A stretch of 64,000 nt of DNA from Octopus vulgaris (lineage: Eukaryota): assembly GCA_951406725.2 (NCBI GenBank), contig OX597830.1, forward strand, positions 28,644,001 through 28,708,000. The letters are read 5' to 3'. Of this stretch, positions 27,917-43,082 are shown piece after piece. The number at the start of each line of letters is the position of its first letter. Position 1 is the stretch's first letter. A program made the position numbers and the translations under genes. Below the pieces are notes generated by a model. The model searched no databases. It was not told where the DNA came from and saw nothing but the letters and a program-made list of their open reading frames with translations.

Positions 27917-28771
27917 ATCTATCTGTCTATCTATATATCTAACTATTTATTTATCTATCTATATATCTATCTATCTATTTGCATGTGTGTGTACGTATTT
28001 GTAAGTCCGTGTATACATGCACCACACACACATATGTCGGAAGATGTCGAAATTGTGATGATGTTTGGTGGATGAGTTGCCCACTTCCGTGTTTATCCTG
28101 TTGCTCGTATCTTTCTTGGTCGACCTCCAAGGTAATATTCTTTACACGCCCGAGCGCACACACACATACACGCACGCACACACACACATACATGCACACA
28201 CACACACACACATATGTATGACTTTGTATGAGTTGATTATCAATATGTACAGCATATATAACGTTAATCCCATTCAAAAGTGAAAGCATATCGTGTTCAA
28301 GTACCCTGGATCATCCAAGCATCTTTTAGTATGAATTCCAGCACAATACACTGCTTATTCTAGAAAACTCGCGAAAGTAAATAGAAAGGGACGTTTTATG
28401 TCTACACTGCTTATTTAAGTTAAAGCTTCAACAACTTTAGAATCTGCTCGACTTATTTCTCTCCGATATAACCTGCTTGGGATGGCTAAAATACAAGAAA
28501 AGCGTCTGGAAGTTCGATAGATGGAAACAGTGAGTAGATATAGAGAGCTTACACTTTATCCATACACAACAATATTTTGTCCGCCGTAAATACAGAGAAT
28601 TTGCTTACCGATGTGAAAACAGAAGTCAAAATATGAACTCTCACTTCCATATTTCAACTATGTACTTACATATATACATACATATACATACACATACATA
28701 CACACATGCATACATACATACATACATACATATACATAGACTGACATACATACACACACACAATCACACAC

Positions 28772-28817
<46 letters not shown>

Positions 28818-29241
28818 GTGTGTGTATGTGTGTGTGTGTGTGTGTTAATCGCCACGTGAATATGAGTGTTCTATAAGAACAGAGTATACTGCTGTTTTAA
28901 ACTCAGGAGGACACCTCTGTCTTTATATAGCAGTATCATCTGTTCGTATATAATACCCATGTTTAGGTAGCTCTAAATACCATTTCTCAGTATAAATACA
29001 TATTTTGCCTCTTACAGAGATTTTCTTAACGAGCTATATATATATACACGGACTTTATCAGTGAACAGGTCGCGGATTTTAGCGACGAAAATATTTTGAC
29101 AAATTAAACTTAAATGTTGAAGTGAATCGAACGGCTTTTGTGTGTTTCTTAAATGGTTTATAAACACCTTCCACGCTGCAATTGTTTTCGTTTCAGCACA
29201 CGATCTCAGATCAAATTACTTGCTATGCGAGTACATCTCCG

Positions 29242-29288
<47 letters not shown>

Positions 29289-29304
29289 TATGTACATATG
29301 TATA

Positions 29305-29384
<80 letters not shown>

Positions 29385-29491
29385 GATAGACAGAAATATA
29401 TATATATATATATATATATATAAAGAGAGAGAGAGACAGACAGACAGATAGACAGAAAGACATATATATATATATAAATAGATAGATAGGT

Positions 29492-29591
<100 letters not shown>

Positions 29592-30177
29592 TGATTGATC
29601 GGGAGAACACGTTCATGAGAATAAACGTATATTATTTATATTCTTTCACTCGATAAGAAAAGACATCGTTGCAGCAATATATATATATTTTTTACGTATT
29701 AAACCAGTAGAATCTTTTAAAAGCTGCCGGACTGAAAATGCCCATGGCACGATGCGTGTCATGCCGCTAGCACTACGAATTACCACGATCTGATGGCCCA
29801 AAGAAGAAACTCATGAAAATTCAGTTGCATTTTAAACGTCTATTTCTGAGATAATTGAGCAATATTGCTGACGGACTTGTCTCATGTATTGTACTTTCAA
29901 AGGCCTATTGCAACTGAGAGGACAATGTAATATTAATAGTTTTCCGCTGGAAGATTCTGCTACAGCTGGGTGGAGTGATTTATTAAAACATATACACTAA
30001 GTGTTCATACGTTGATAACTTCTCTGCAGTGTAAAGGATCATGTTGGTTAGACCTAATTAATTATATAAATTTTAGGATCTTCATTGAGATATTAAGGAA
30101 ATAAATAGCCGATTACTCTTTATGATGAATATAAGAGTTAATTTACACTCGTATTCACACTCGTATAAGCACCAATA

Positions 30178-31017
30178 CAGGTCGTTGTCGACTTACGACC
30201 TGTAGCACTTACGACCGATCAACTTTACGACGTTTGGCGTCAGCTACAAACACTTACCCTAGGTTCGGTTATCGATCGCCACCGTGGTTATCCCAAGTGG
30301 TGGTTGAATACCCTGTCACGGAGACATCGAGGCAACCTCGTGTTTGTTTATAAGGCGACTGCTTGAGAGTGCGAAATTGTTTACTAACGCCAGGCTCGAT
30401 TGAGCGCGACTCTTCTGGTAATTCTCTGTGTCTTGTCTGATATTTTCTCAAACAAATATCCCCTAAAATTCTTACAAAGAGGAAATTGTTTTCATCTGCT
30501 CCTCAAGCTGCCAGGAAGCAAAAACGGCCGTACAGCTCGGCAAAAAAATTATGGACATTAGTCAGTACGCAGCAGGAAAAAAAGTGAATGAAATCGCACT
30601 GAAGTTAATCACACTGAAGTTCTCACAGTCTACTGTTTCGACAATTTTGAAAGATAAAGAAAGGATTCATGAAGCTGTGAAAAGTGCAATACCCATGAAT
30701 GGTGTTATGACGAAGCAGCAGACTGGGCCCATCCCCCAAGTGGAAAAACTGTTACAAATTTGGATTGACAATCAGATACCAAAACGGACACCGTTAAGTC
30801 GTTTTACTGTGCAGTCGAAGGCTGTTGTAGTACTGATCTAGTATAATACAGAATGCTGTGTGTGACTTTTACCTGAGAATGTACCTTAAGAATGTAGAAA
30901 TATAAAACAAAGCTACGTAGGCCTATAGGCCGACTTACGACCAGATCGACTTACAACCAAATAGACTTATGACCAGTCAGTCGGAATCAGTTGTGGTTGT
31001 AAGTGGGTGGCGATCTG
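30178..31017 (+). mobile_element. Tigger/pogo non-autonomous deletion derivative
   Basis: TA|CAGGTCGTTGTCGACTTACGACC ... GGTTGTAAGTGGGTGGCGATCTG|TA imperfect TIRs with TA duplication; subterminal ACTTACGACC repeats at both ends; internal CENP-B-type HTH coding remnant. Confidence 0.88.
30551..30841 (+). pseudogene. N-terminal CENP-B/psq-type HTH region of a Tigger transposase, no DDE domain
   Basis: SQSTVSTILKDKERI..EKLLQIWIDNQ..PLS..VQSKA typical of TIGD/Tigger transposases. Confidence 0.85.
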
Positions 31018-31308
31018 TATATGACAGTTAGTATTAATTCTTACATAATTGACCATGCATGTTTGTAATGAGATATAATTAATAACACACTCTCACACAC
31101 AGATATGTGTGTGTGTGCGTGTGTGAATATATTGGTTTACATGTAATGTAACAAAGTATAAAATGTGCATTCGGGCTCCCGGTGAATATATCCGCTGCAT
31201 TATGAAGCTTTCTTAGTGAATAGGGTGGCTGTTGAACAAATGTGTAGGACTATGAACTGGTCTGACTTACGTGAAATTGTACGTTCCACTCCTTAATATA
31301 AAGTTACA

Positions 31309-31397
<89 letters not shown>

Positions 31398-31586
31398 TGT
31401 GTGTGTGTGAGTGTTTTGGTAAGTATGGTATTGAAATATTTTACTTCTCGGTGTCTTATAATATATTTCGAGGTAAAAAAAGAAGGCTCAAAGAGCGAAA
31501 GTAATCGGGAAATCAAATAATGCCATCCAAATACGTGATATATATATGTATATATATAAATGTATATATATATGTGTGTGTGTGTA

Positions 31587-31622
<36 letters not shown>

Positions 31623-32189
31623 CGAGGATTTAGGAGATTGCGACTTCATACCCGGGGGCACATTACGCCTTAAGTTACGGTGACGGCAACTAACACACTC
31701 TAATAGGAAAACTTAATGCATGTTGTTCATTGTGCTTGTAGCAAATATTTGCAACAACTTTCTCTTCTAAGCCCTTAGAAAATGTATGGTTGGTTCTACA
31801 CCACTCTTTTTTATACTTATATATGTTTGTGTGGTGGGGTATGGAGTGTGTATATGCGATTATCCACACTTTTATAATCACATTTTGGTAAGTATGGTAT
31901 TGAAATATTTTACATTGCGCAATGACAAAACGAACCACCGGTGCTGTTTCTACTCGTGTGCGAATAATCTGATGGGAAAGGCGTAAACATCACAGAAATT
32001 TTTTTTTTTTTTCATTGTCCCATCCTCTGAAAATATAGTTTCGTTTTACTTAGTGAAAAAAAAAAATTTATATATGTAGAAATAAATTAATACACAAACT
32101 AATATACTTTTTATTTTTTCACAATCTATTCCGAGTGATAACATTACATATATATGTGCTTCTACTGTAAGAGAAAAATACATGTATAT

Positions 32190-32256
<67 letters not shown>

Positions 32257-32787
32257 TATATCTATATATATATATAAATATAAATATACTTATATATATA
32301 TTATACATCTAGACAGACATATCTTTTATTACATAAATTTTTTTCCCGTTCACATATTTATGCAAGGCGTACGAATTACATCGTTCTCAAAAAAAAAAAA
32401 AAGAAGAAATGACGGAAAAAATATATATATATATATATATATATAAAAAACCCGGAACGCATACGATTTTATATATACTGCCGATTTTTTAAACTTATTT
32501 TCAATGATTTCATTGGTACTTTAAAAATAAGAAGCAAAGAAAACCTGTTTAAAAGCTAATGTTGCTATGAAGTTTTGCTTTAGATGAGATCAGAAAAATT
32601 ATATTTGTGTTACTTTAAACATTATGTTGGTTAGTTTTTTTTTACTTCTTTTTTAGTCACAACCGAAAACTATTGGTTACAAAAGCTAAGCTATATGTCA
32701 ATATGAATTGATTGTACGTATACATACATGCATGTACATATACGTTCATATCTGAGTATTAATACATATGCATATATATATATACAC

Positions 32788-32838
<51 letters not shown>

Positions 32839-32905
32839 CATATATACACATATCTTTCATTCTCTATTTCTCTCTGAATCTCTTACTCTTTATATAGATA
32901 TACAG

Positions 32906-32968
<63 letters not shown>

Positions 32969-32976
32969 TGAGCGCA

Positions 32977-33045
<69 letters not shown>

Positions 33046-33136
33046 TTACAAACATCTGAAAGTTAGCTTATATATATGTATATATAAATATAGTTGCATA
33101 TGAACATACACATTTATATATATACACTGATATAGA

Positions 33137-33172
<36 letters not shown>

Positions 33173-33676
33173 CGTGTGTGTGTGCGTGTGTGTGTATGTG
33201 TGTGTGCGTGTGTGTGTGTGTGTGTCTGTGTATATATCTATGTATGTACGTATATATAAGTATAGAAACAAATACCTACATACACACGCATATATTCTGA
33301 AGTATAAACACATTCATGTTAGAATATATATATTTGTAGATATACACACACTCATATGCATATTTATGTGCAATGGTTGGCAATATGTATTTTGTCTCTT
33401 AAACAGAATCACATCATTTAAATAAACCAATTGTGTTGATGTAACCCCAGCAGACTTATTATATTGCATTTTCAACGCTTTCGAATGGATTTGCTGTAAA
33501 CTTAACGTATAATAAACGGGTCTACAGTACACAAGAGAAAGATGTCAAGAAAAATAGATACATATTCATACGTGTGTTGATAGATAGATAGATAGATAGA
33601 TAGAGAGATACACAAGTAGTTTTAGATCCTCAAATATGCACAGATAACTATATACATTTTACATTGAAACGTATGA

Positions 33677-33732
<56 letters not shown>

Positions 33733-33905
33733 CATATATGTATGTATGTATGTATATATATATGTTTATGAACATATGTATCTATGCAGGTATGCATATA
33801 TATACCTGTGTATCTGTATCTATATATGTATATATATATATGTGTGTATGAATCTATATGTATATATATATATATACATATATACACACATATATATATG
33901 TATTG

Positions 33906-33956
<51 letters not shown>

Positions 33957-34199
33957 AGCACGTGTGTCTGTGTATGTTGTGTGCAGAGGAGAGAGATTTA
34001 ATGGATGATTTCCTGATATTTCTTTGTGGGTATAGCAAAAACCAGAAATTTAACAATATGATATGTACGCATCTCACTTTGCACACACACCTCTAATCCC
34101 AAGCGGTAAATTTCGACAACAATTATAGAAGGTCCATAAAGCAAAATATTTTATATGTCCTTTCAGACATATATAATGACAGAAGTATTTGTGTTTGTG

Positions 34200-34285
<86 letters not shown>

Positions 34286-35129
34286 GGACATATTTATGTA
34301 TATCAGATTCATTTCCATTTTCATAAATTTCCCTTTCTTGCTGTAATTTTTATCTCCTACTCCCCCCAACACGTTCGTCATCGTCACTACACTTATATTG
34401 ATGTATGTGTACATACATCTATCCTACTTGCATACAGCTATAAGTCTCAAACTGTTCCTTTTCCCAATCTCTCCATTAACACCATATATATACATATACA
34501 TATAACTATGGTGATATATATATATGTATGTATGCATTGGTCCAATATATGAATCGCTACAAACACACGCACGCACACACACACACACACACATATAAAC
34601 ACGGAATTATACATACATATTTGCACACACATAAACACATAAGAACATGTATTTCAAGTGTTTCTCACAAGTTTTCCATTCCTTCCTTACCGTCTCCATT
34701 CTTACTTTTAACACCACGACACATGTTCTCACATTCTCATTTCAACCCCTTTTCCTCGTGTCACAGTGCCGTGCACACCTCTTGCTTCTCTTTCTGTTTC
34801 ATTTCACCATACATACATATATGCAATAATTCTTATTTACATTCATAATCGTTTTAACATCTCTTTTATGCTAGACGAACCAACCAATTTAGAGTACCTG
34901 ATACATTACGGGAGAGCGAATCAGGCAGTCCTGTTTCAATTCTTGATGATAGGCAACGTTTTTTTTTCTTTCTCTTTGTTCAATTTACACGTCTTAATTT
35001 CCATCATATATACGATAATGTTATATTTTTCGTCAAGACTTTCTACAATGTTACTATGCAACTATAGCCGAATTTATAAAGTTATAAAATCGTGCTCTGG
35101 ATCTCCCCCTTGGAGGTGCTTCAAGAGAA

Positions 35130-35470
35130 CAAATAAAAATCAGTACTTATTTTTAAAATCTGGTAATCATTCGTTCTCTTTTTCCGACCCGCTAAATTAC
35201 GGGGATACAAGCACACCTACACTTGTTGACAAATAGTATTGGGGAAACAGGCACGAAGATGCACACTCAAAAACGCACACAGACACGTACCAGGCTTCTT
35301 TCAGTTTTCCGCGTACCAAATCCACTCACAGAGCTTCCTCAGAATTGAAGCTATAGTAAACGACACTTGCCGAAGTTGCAATGCAGTAGGACGATTGAAC
35401 CTCGAGACATGAGATTAGGAAGTAGGCTTCTACACAGTTTCCGTCTGCTAAATTCTCTCACAATGCATTC
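35130..35470 (-). mobile_element. SINE group C, diverged
   Basis: GGCTTCTTTCAGTTT..TACCAAATCCACTCACA..GACACTTGCC. Confidence 0.7.
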
Positions 35471-36028
35471 ATCAGCCAGGGATATATATATATATATATA
35501 TTAGAAAACGCTTGCTCAAATCACCGCGTAGGGGAGTGGAGAGAACTCGAAACCGCTTTTTTGCAAAGCTATGCCTACGGATATTATGGTATTTTGTCGC
35601 TAAACCACCCACTGTATTATATTGCAAATCATTAGTTTATAAAGTTTAAGTTTCATGAATTAATAATTCGCAAATTCAAAAGTAGATTACTCTCTTCATT
35701 TGTCAAAATTCATTTGCATATTTAAAAAAGAAAGTGTGTTACAATTTTTTTTTATGCCATATGGTATTGCTTGATTTAGAAAAACTCAAAATGGCGATGC
35801 AAAAAGAAATGCGATAAAAGACAAGCTAATACACAGAGATACATAATTTCTTTGATATAGCCATGGCTGTCTCTAAAGAGAGTGCGAAATACGTTATATC
35901 AAAATGACCATACACACACCCAGAGGTGCAAATATATCCATACATACATACATAAACACACACATACATACACACACACACATACATACACACACACACA
36001 TATATATATATTATATTTTATATATTAC

Positions 36029-36085
<57 letters not shown>

Positions 36086-37045
36086 TCTTCTTTGTTTCAT
36101 TTGACAACACTTTCATAAATATTGAATCACATATTTCTTGTGGTTATATAACAGACGGGAATGGGGGATGCGCACGCTGAGCATAACATTACGATGTAAG
36201 CTTTTAATGTGCTTCTTTCACGATTCTGATTGATATACACACTCATGGACGAGTCTATTGAGAATTGGACAAGGGTACAGAAAGTTTTATGCTTCAGTGA
36301 TATCGATGTTTTCGTGACCAGGGCTTTAATGGACTGATTTCTCTGCGCAGTAAGTAGTTACGGCATAGGAAACTTCAGACACCTGCAGAAAACTACAATA
36401 CAGCTGTTACTTGTGAGAAAGTATGACTTAGAACCATGTACGACATTTCACTAAATGATTTAAACGCCTATGTAGTGTCACATATGTCCCCCTCTCAGTT
36501 CCGTCACCTTAGCGCAGTGGTATATGTAGGATGTAATAGCTGGAGCGGTAAAAAGGTGCAGCATCTCACTGGCGGTGCGCATTTTCAGATGTGCAGACTG
36601 AGGAAACGTCGGATTATGTCCATTGCTTAAGAACAAATCGCAGTATCGTAACTGGGATATGAAAACTCCACTTTATAATCGAAATATTAACCACTTGACC
36701 AGGGGTCTCTCCAAATGTTTCAAATATCCGTCTATCTAATCCACAATCCAAATAAAACTTACCCACACGGAAACTGATGAACAATTTCTTCAATAAGCTG
36801 CAATTTAAAAATTATAAAACAGAGTTAGCAAACAATTGAAGTGGAATTGTCCTGAAATAGCACTTTGTTACTTGTGAATAGTTAGCATAAACAGCATACC
36901 AGATATCCTGTAACATCATTGAATAGCAAGATTATATAAAATATTATATATGTTTTACAGTACATACAAGCACACTCACATTCGCCATGATAGATCGGTA
37001 GCCACTACACACATTTTTTTCTCTCCTTGTTTCTTTCTGAGTTCC

Positions 37046-37079
37046 TTTCTGTGGAAGAGCGTAGGCTCGAAACGTTAAA
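37046..37079 (+). ncRNA. Minimal hammerhead-like motif, family A variant (cassette about 36980-37175)
   Basis: TTT CTGTGGA A GAGC gtag GCTC GAAA CG TT AAA; core has A6>U. Confidence 0.6.
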
Positions 37080-37941
37080 TACTTTTTCCATTCCCGAGCA
37101 TATACTCATATATCTCTTTGTTTTCTACATCACCTGTCTTCGTCTTTTGGGGTTTTTTTTTGTGAATTCTCCATATATACATATATATATAAGTATATAT
37201 ATATATATATATATATACTTATATATGCAACAAGGCTGCAGAATCGACATGATCCTTTTCCAATTTAAATTTACATATACAGTACCTCTATCACATGAAG
37301 TCTATTGTGTCTGGTTCTTTCGTCCTTATCAGCTCAATAACCAGAGAAATAGATGTGTTTCAGAATTGCTTATGGATTGAATTACCCCTATTCAACACGT
37401 AAATATGCGGGAGGAATAAAAAATTATAAGACAAATAGAAAAGAGCGCAAAAATAGAAGAGCATAAAATTTTTTCAAAGACAAGTCTTGCAAATACTGCT
37501 CACCGAATATCTCAAAACCTACATTCATTGGTTAAACAATTGCTAAAACAAAGGCTATAAACACTGGGGGTTTCAAATGTTTATTTACCATTGTGCATTT
37601 ATACAAGCGTAAACATTCGCAAATTTATGCAGCTACAGACAATGCTTTCAAGGGGATAGTCGCCGAGTCACGTGAAATAATCTGATATTTAACAAATTTA
37701 TTATTTTATCTCAATGGGTATCCAAACACAGACTATTCACCAGTCCATTTTGGTGCGTTTACTGGTTTAATCACAGATGGTTTCAACATACACAGGCTTT
37801 TATCCGTGTCTGTGTCACCATTTCAAATGAACACATTCGTAGATTACAATTCAACATTGTTCTATCTGGTCATCGTACACACACTCAGATATACACACAC
37901 ACAAACACACACACACATATGCACGAACACATACTGACACG

Positions 37942-38014
<73 letters not shown>

Positions 38015-38245
38015 GTGTGTGTAAAAAACATACAGATATACATACACATATATATGAATCAAAACAGTTTGATTAAAAATCGTAAGTACTCCGAGTTCCA
38101 ACCGAGGTGCTGTCTTCAGCCATATATATTAGTGCAGACGAGGGTGTGTGGTTCCTGAATAAGATCTACCATGTGATTTGGGCAAGTACCTTCTGCTATA
38201 GCCCCAAGCAAACTAAAACCTTGTGAAGTGGATTTCGTTCGCTTA

Positions 38246-38284
<39 letters not shown>

Positions 38285-38352
38285 GTTCGCTGAAAAAATA
38301 TTGCAATACAAACGTCTTTGTAAAATAAAAACACATGAGGGTAGAGGTATAA

Positions 38353-38463
38353 ATATAAATAGAGATGAGTGGTACGACAAGGCACTAATATTTACTGGAA
38401 ATAGCAGTTGATACAAATTTCCAGTAAATATTGTTGCCTTGTACCACTCATCTGTATTTATAT
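38353..38463. repeat. Inverted repeat with arms of about 47 bp (foldback/MITE-like)
   Basis: ATATAAATAGAGATGAGTGGTACGACAAGGCACTAATATTTACTGGAAAT, 14-nt loop, then its reverse complement with few differences. Confidence 0.85.
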
Positions 38464-38750
38464 GTATATATATATATTTATATGTATATATGTATATATA
38501 TATATCAATATATTTCTGTATATATATGTTTTCATTTAGAGATAGTCGGCCCCTTCATCCCACCATATAAAGTATTTTAATTTCCCTAACAAATAATATA
38601 TTTATATGTATATATATATATATGCATGTATATATACAGACATTCATACATGTAAACATATATAAATGCATTTATATGAATATATGTATTAATATATATA
38701 TATATATGTATTTACATTCATCTACACATGCATTTAAATATCTGAATTTG

Positions 38751-38799
<49 letters not shown>

Positions 38800-39009
38800 T
38801 TAATTACATATATATGTGTCCGAGTGTGAATGTATATATATGTATTTACATACATATAGATCCACACATTGACTCATATATATATATATGTGTATATATA
38901 TATATATAAATATATATATGTACGTATATATATATATATGCACACACATATATACATATACATACATATATATGTGTGTTTGTCTCTCTTCCTATATATA
39001 TATATATAG

Positions 39010-39051
<42 letters not shown>

Positions 39052-39212
39052 CGTACTATATATATATACATATATATATAATATACAAACTATATATATA
39101 TATATACATACATATATATATATACATATACATACATGTGTGTGTGCATATATACATGCACACATAAATCTATATCTATGTATCTATCTATCTATCTAAA
39201 TCTCTCTCTATA

Positions 39213-39300
<88 letters not shown>

Positions 39301-39707
39301 CATATATGTAACGATATGCATTTAGACAGAGAGACATAATGCAATCAGGTTTTCCTCGATATCTGCACAGAGGATATTTTTGTTTGATGATGTCACTAAA
39401 GTACATCTCCCTAAGGAAGATTCGCCATCACATAACAGTCAGAATAATCCCTCAACTATCCGAAATATTGTGAAAACGCTTAAGTGTCGATATCGTATTT
39501 CGGAAACGAAATGATTAACTTTCTATATCCTACCGTAACTTCAAAAACAACGTATTAACTTCCCTAAATCCATAAAAATTATCCAAAGATATTTACTAGT
39601 CTGGAATTCTTTTGAGCAAATGCAATTGTTTAATTTTGTTTTTGTTTAATTTTTGTTAAGTATATATATACATACATACAAATATATATTACATATATAT
39701 GATTATA

Positions 39708-39738
<31 letters not shown>

Positions 39739-39809
39739 GCATATATAAATACATACACGTATACATCATACATATACATATATAAAAATAAATATATGTG
39801 CATATATAC

Positions 39810-39873
<64 letters not shown>

Positions 39874-40244
39874 CATGTACACATACATATATATGTGTGT
39901 ATGTACATATGCTTGCACATATCCCTTGAAAGACAAAAATAGCAACTTCTCACGCTCTCCATCTTCTCTTTCCAATCCGATCACGTCCCTCTTCTACACC
40001 ACTCCTCCCCACAGCTCCAGCTTCCCTCCTCCTTCAAATGCTAGTACAACTTCTGCGAACAACAACATAAACAACAACAAAAATGATGACGATGATGACG
40101 ATGATGATGACAATGATGATGATGATGATGATGATGATGAAGTTGATGATGATGAGGATGATGATGATGATGATGATGATGATGTGGCGACGATTATGAT
40201 GATCATGATTCCAAAACTTTGCACAGGGCCAGCATGTTCGATGA

Positions 40245-40422
40245 AGGGGTAGACCGATTACATTGACTTCAGTGCTCAATTGGTTCTTATCTTATCGACC
40301 TCGAAAGGATCAAAGACAAAGGCGACCCGTGCAGATTTTTTAATCAGAATGTGATGACGAGCGGTAAACACGGTTAAGCATTTCGCTCGCCGTGTAATCG
40401 AACCTGGCAGTTCATTGCCTTT
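40245..40422 (-). mobile_element. SINE group M, diverged
   Basis: TATCGACCTCGAAAGGATCAAAGACAAAGGCGACC core. Confidence 0.7.
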
Positions 40423-40430
40423 ATAATAAT

Positions 40431-40541
<111 letters not shown>

Positions 40542-40569
40542 TAATCAGAGTAATAATTAATATAATGAA

Positions 40570-40631
<62 letters not shown>

Positions 40632-40649
40632 TACTATGTTATTAATATT

Positions 40650-41143
40650 GAGCAAACTTCAGAAGGATTCACCGAAAATGAGAATAACAAAATCCTGTGC
40701 GATGCAATGATATAGTTCGATCACTCGTCTAGACTTTGGAAACCGGACATTGTTGTGGTGAAAAAGAAAGAACATGTGTGATAATCGATAATCGATATAC
40801 CATGACCCTGTGACAAAAAGATCAATGTGAAAGAAGAAGAAAATAAACAACTATGACGATTTGAAGCGAGAACTACGAAGGTTGCCGTCAATGAAGAGAA
40901 TAGACGTGCTACCAACAGTAATTGGTGCACTTGGATGTATCAGCACTCAGCTACCAACATGGCTGAAAAAGATTGGTGTAAGTGTCAAGGTAGAACCCCT
41001 ACAAAAATCAGCATTGCTTGGAACTGCAAGAATTCTTCGTAGGGTTCTTGAAGCATGACCAGTAAACAAGTATCACCTTAGTCTGCTGGCTGTGGACGGC
41101 TGATACTTTCCAACATGCCCGGCAAAATAAGCTGTGAGTTTTC

Positions 41144-41146
<3 letters not shown>
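40650..41146 (+). mobile_element. 3' end of an R4/Dong-type non-LTR retrotransposon (restriction-like endonuclease), 5'-truncated, in (TAA)n
   Basis: ENENNKILCDAMI*FDH..KPDIVVVKKK..IIDI..PCDKKINVKEEE / YDDLKRELRRL..LPTVIGALG..LQKSALLGTARILRRVLEA*, short UTR, then (TAA)n. Confidence 0.88.
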
Positions 41147-41175
<29 letters not shown>

Positions 41176-41181
41176 GTAGTA

Positions 41182-41252
<71 letters not shown>

Positions 41253-41254
<2 letters not shown>

Positions 41255-41449
41255 GCCTTTCTACAAAGCCATCAATTTTGGGGGCGGGGATTAGTCGATC
41301 ATATCGACCCCAGTACTTAATTTATCGACCCTGAAATGATGAAAGGCAAAGTCAACCTCAGCGTAATTTGAACTCAGGACGTTGCGACGTGCAAAATACC
41401 GCAATGCATTTCGTCCCGCCTGATAATGACTCTGCCAGCTCGCAGCCTT
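41253..41449 (-). mobile_element. SINE group M between (TAA)n arrays
   Basis: TTTATCGACCCTGAAATGATGAAAGGCAAAGTCAACCTC core; head CTGCCAGCTCGCAGCCTT. Confidence 0.8.
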
Positions 41450-41450
41450 C

Positions 41451-41566
<116 letters not shown>

Positions 41567-41599
41567 CAGTAGTAGTAGCAGTAGTAGTAAGCAACAACA

Positions 41600-43000
41600 A
41601 CCAATAACTTTTCTTCCACTAATGAGGAATTTATTGAGAGCTACTATTGCAAAGGGTGTGTATAAGTATCTTGATGTGGGTGATCTACTTGCCAGGACAT
41701 GACAATGTGTGTAGAAACGTTTATAGAGAGGAAAGCGACCTACTAAATACAGATGAACAAATCCTACAAGAACTCCTAATGAGAAAGAACAATATAACAA
41801 TTCCATGGATTGATTACTAAAAGTCGTAAGATTGCTAACCACATCCATGCATCCAAGAATACCTCAACATATTTGCAATGGTAGAGAAGGTTGTGCGGCT
41901 CATACAAAATGCCGAAATGTAAATCTTAACTAACAACAAGTCAAGTTATGTTAGGTAAAGTAAACATACGAAAGCAAATATTTCACGGCACGACACTCTC
42001 ACGGTTGCTATTCAGAGTTGCTCTTATTCCTCTTACGCTAACTTTGAGAAAGACTAAATCATGCTACGCAGTTACCTTTGGTAAAGAAGTAAAACATTTT
42101 ATGTTTTTGATGGCCTGAAATTATTTGCCAGAAGTAAGAAAGCTTTAGATTCATTGTCTAGACTGTTAGATCTGTGAGTGACAACATTGGTGTTTTTCCA
42201 TTACTTATTAGTAGCACATCCATTAATAAGGCGAGGGAAAATATCAGAACGAATTAATCTCTCAGATGAGACATTAATCAAAGCAATGAATGAAGGTGAG
42301 ACTTACAAGTACCTTGATGCATGAAGACAGAAGATTTTTTCTATGAGGAAATGAAGTAGATGATAGGAAAAAAAAACAGATGCATAGCTCAGAAGTGAAT
42401 TGAGGGAAAATCTTTACAGTAAACAAATGGGAAGTGTTTCTAATAAGATATTCTTCCGCTTTCCTGAACTGAACTAGAGAAGTACTAAGAGATATAGACC
42501 GTAACGCCAGACAAAACAATGGCCATTTATAAGACCCTACATTCTAGATGCTGTGTTAATAGAGTATACTTACCAACGGAGGATGAGGTAAGACGCTTAT
42601 TTCGGCAGAAAATTGCGGGGAAAATGTTTAACGTGACAGAGAAGCCTCAGTGAGTAATAGCTCAGAGAAGTGGAGACCGCGAAAAAATACAAGAGAAGAA
42701 AAATGAGTGAGGAATAAATATCTAGAGGAATGAGTTACTCGGTGAGTATATTAGACAAACACAAAATATTGCTGTATACGAGTATTGGTTGTGGTTGAAG
42801 AAAACAAAACGAAAGCTACAGAACTAGTTACGCCTGCTCAAAGCCAATCGCTACAAACGAATTTGATTAAGACAAGAATAGACAGAACGCTGAAAAGTGG
42901 TAAATGTCGAATGTGTAATGATAAAGATTAATACGTGAAACATATTATAAGAACTTGTTGATCTATAGTACAAAAAAATAATAAACAGGCACAATGGTGC
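41600..43000 (+). mobile_element. Old R4/Dong-type non-LTR fragment: RT domain and CCHC knuckle pseudogene
   Basis: PITFLPLMRNLL, WIDY, LGKVNIRKQIFHGTTLSRLLFRVALIPL (cf. GIFQGDSLSPLLF), DGLKLFA (cf. MDDLKL), YKYL, NRVYLPTED, AQSQSLQTN, KCRMCNDKD*YVKHIIRTC. Confidence 0.85.
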
Positions 43001-43082
43001 AGCCAGTAATAATCCTTTCTACACAAGGCCTAGAATTTTAGAGGAGGGGCCTAGTGCATTATATCGGGTCCAGTGGTCGACC

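Noticed and set aside
36773-36810. Isolated CTGATGA
   Set aside because: No stem II or GAAA follows; this looks like a chance 7-mer, as does the minus-strand one near 8640.
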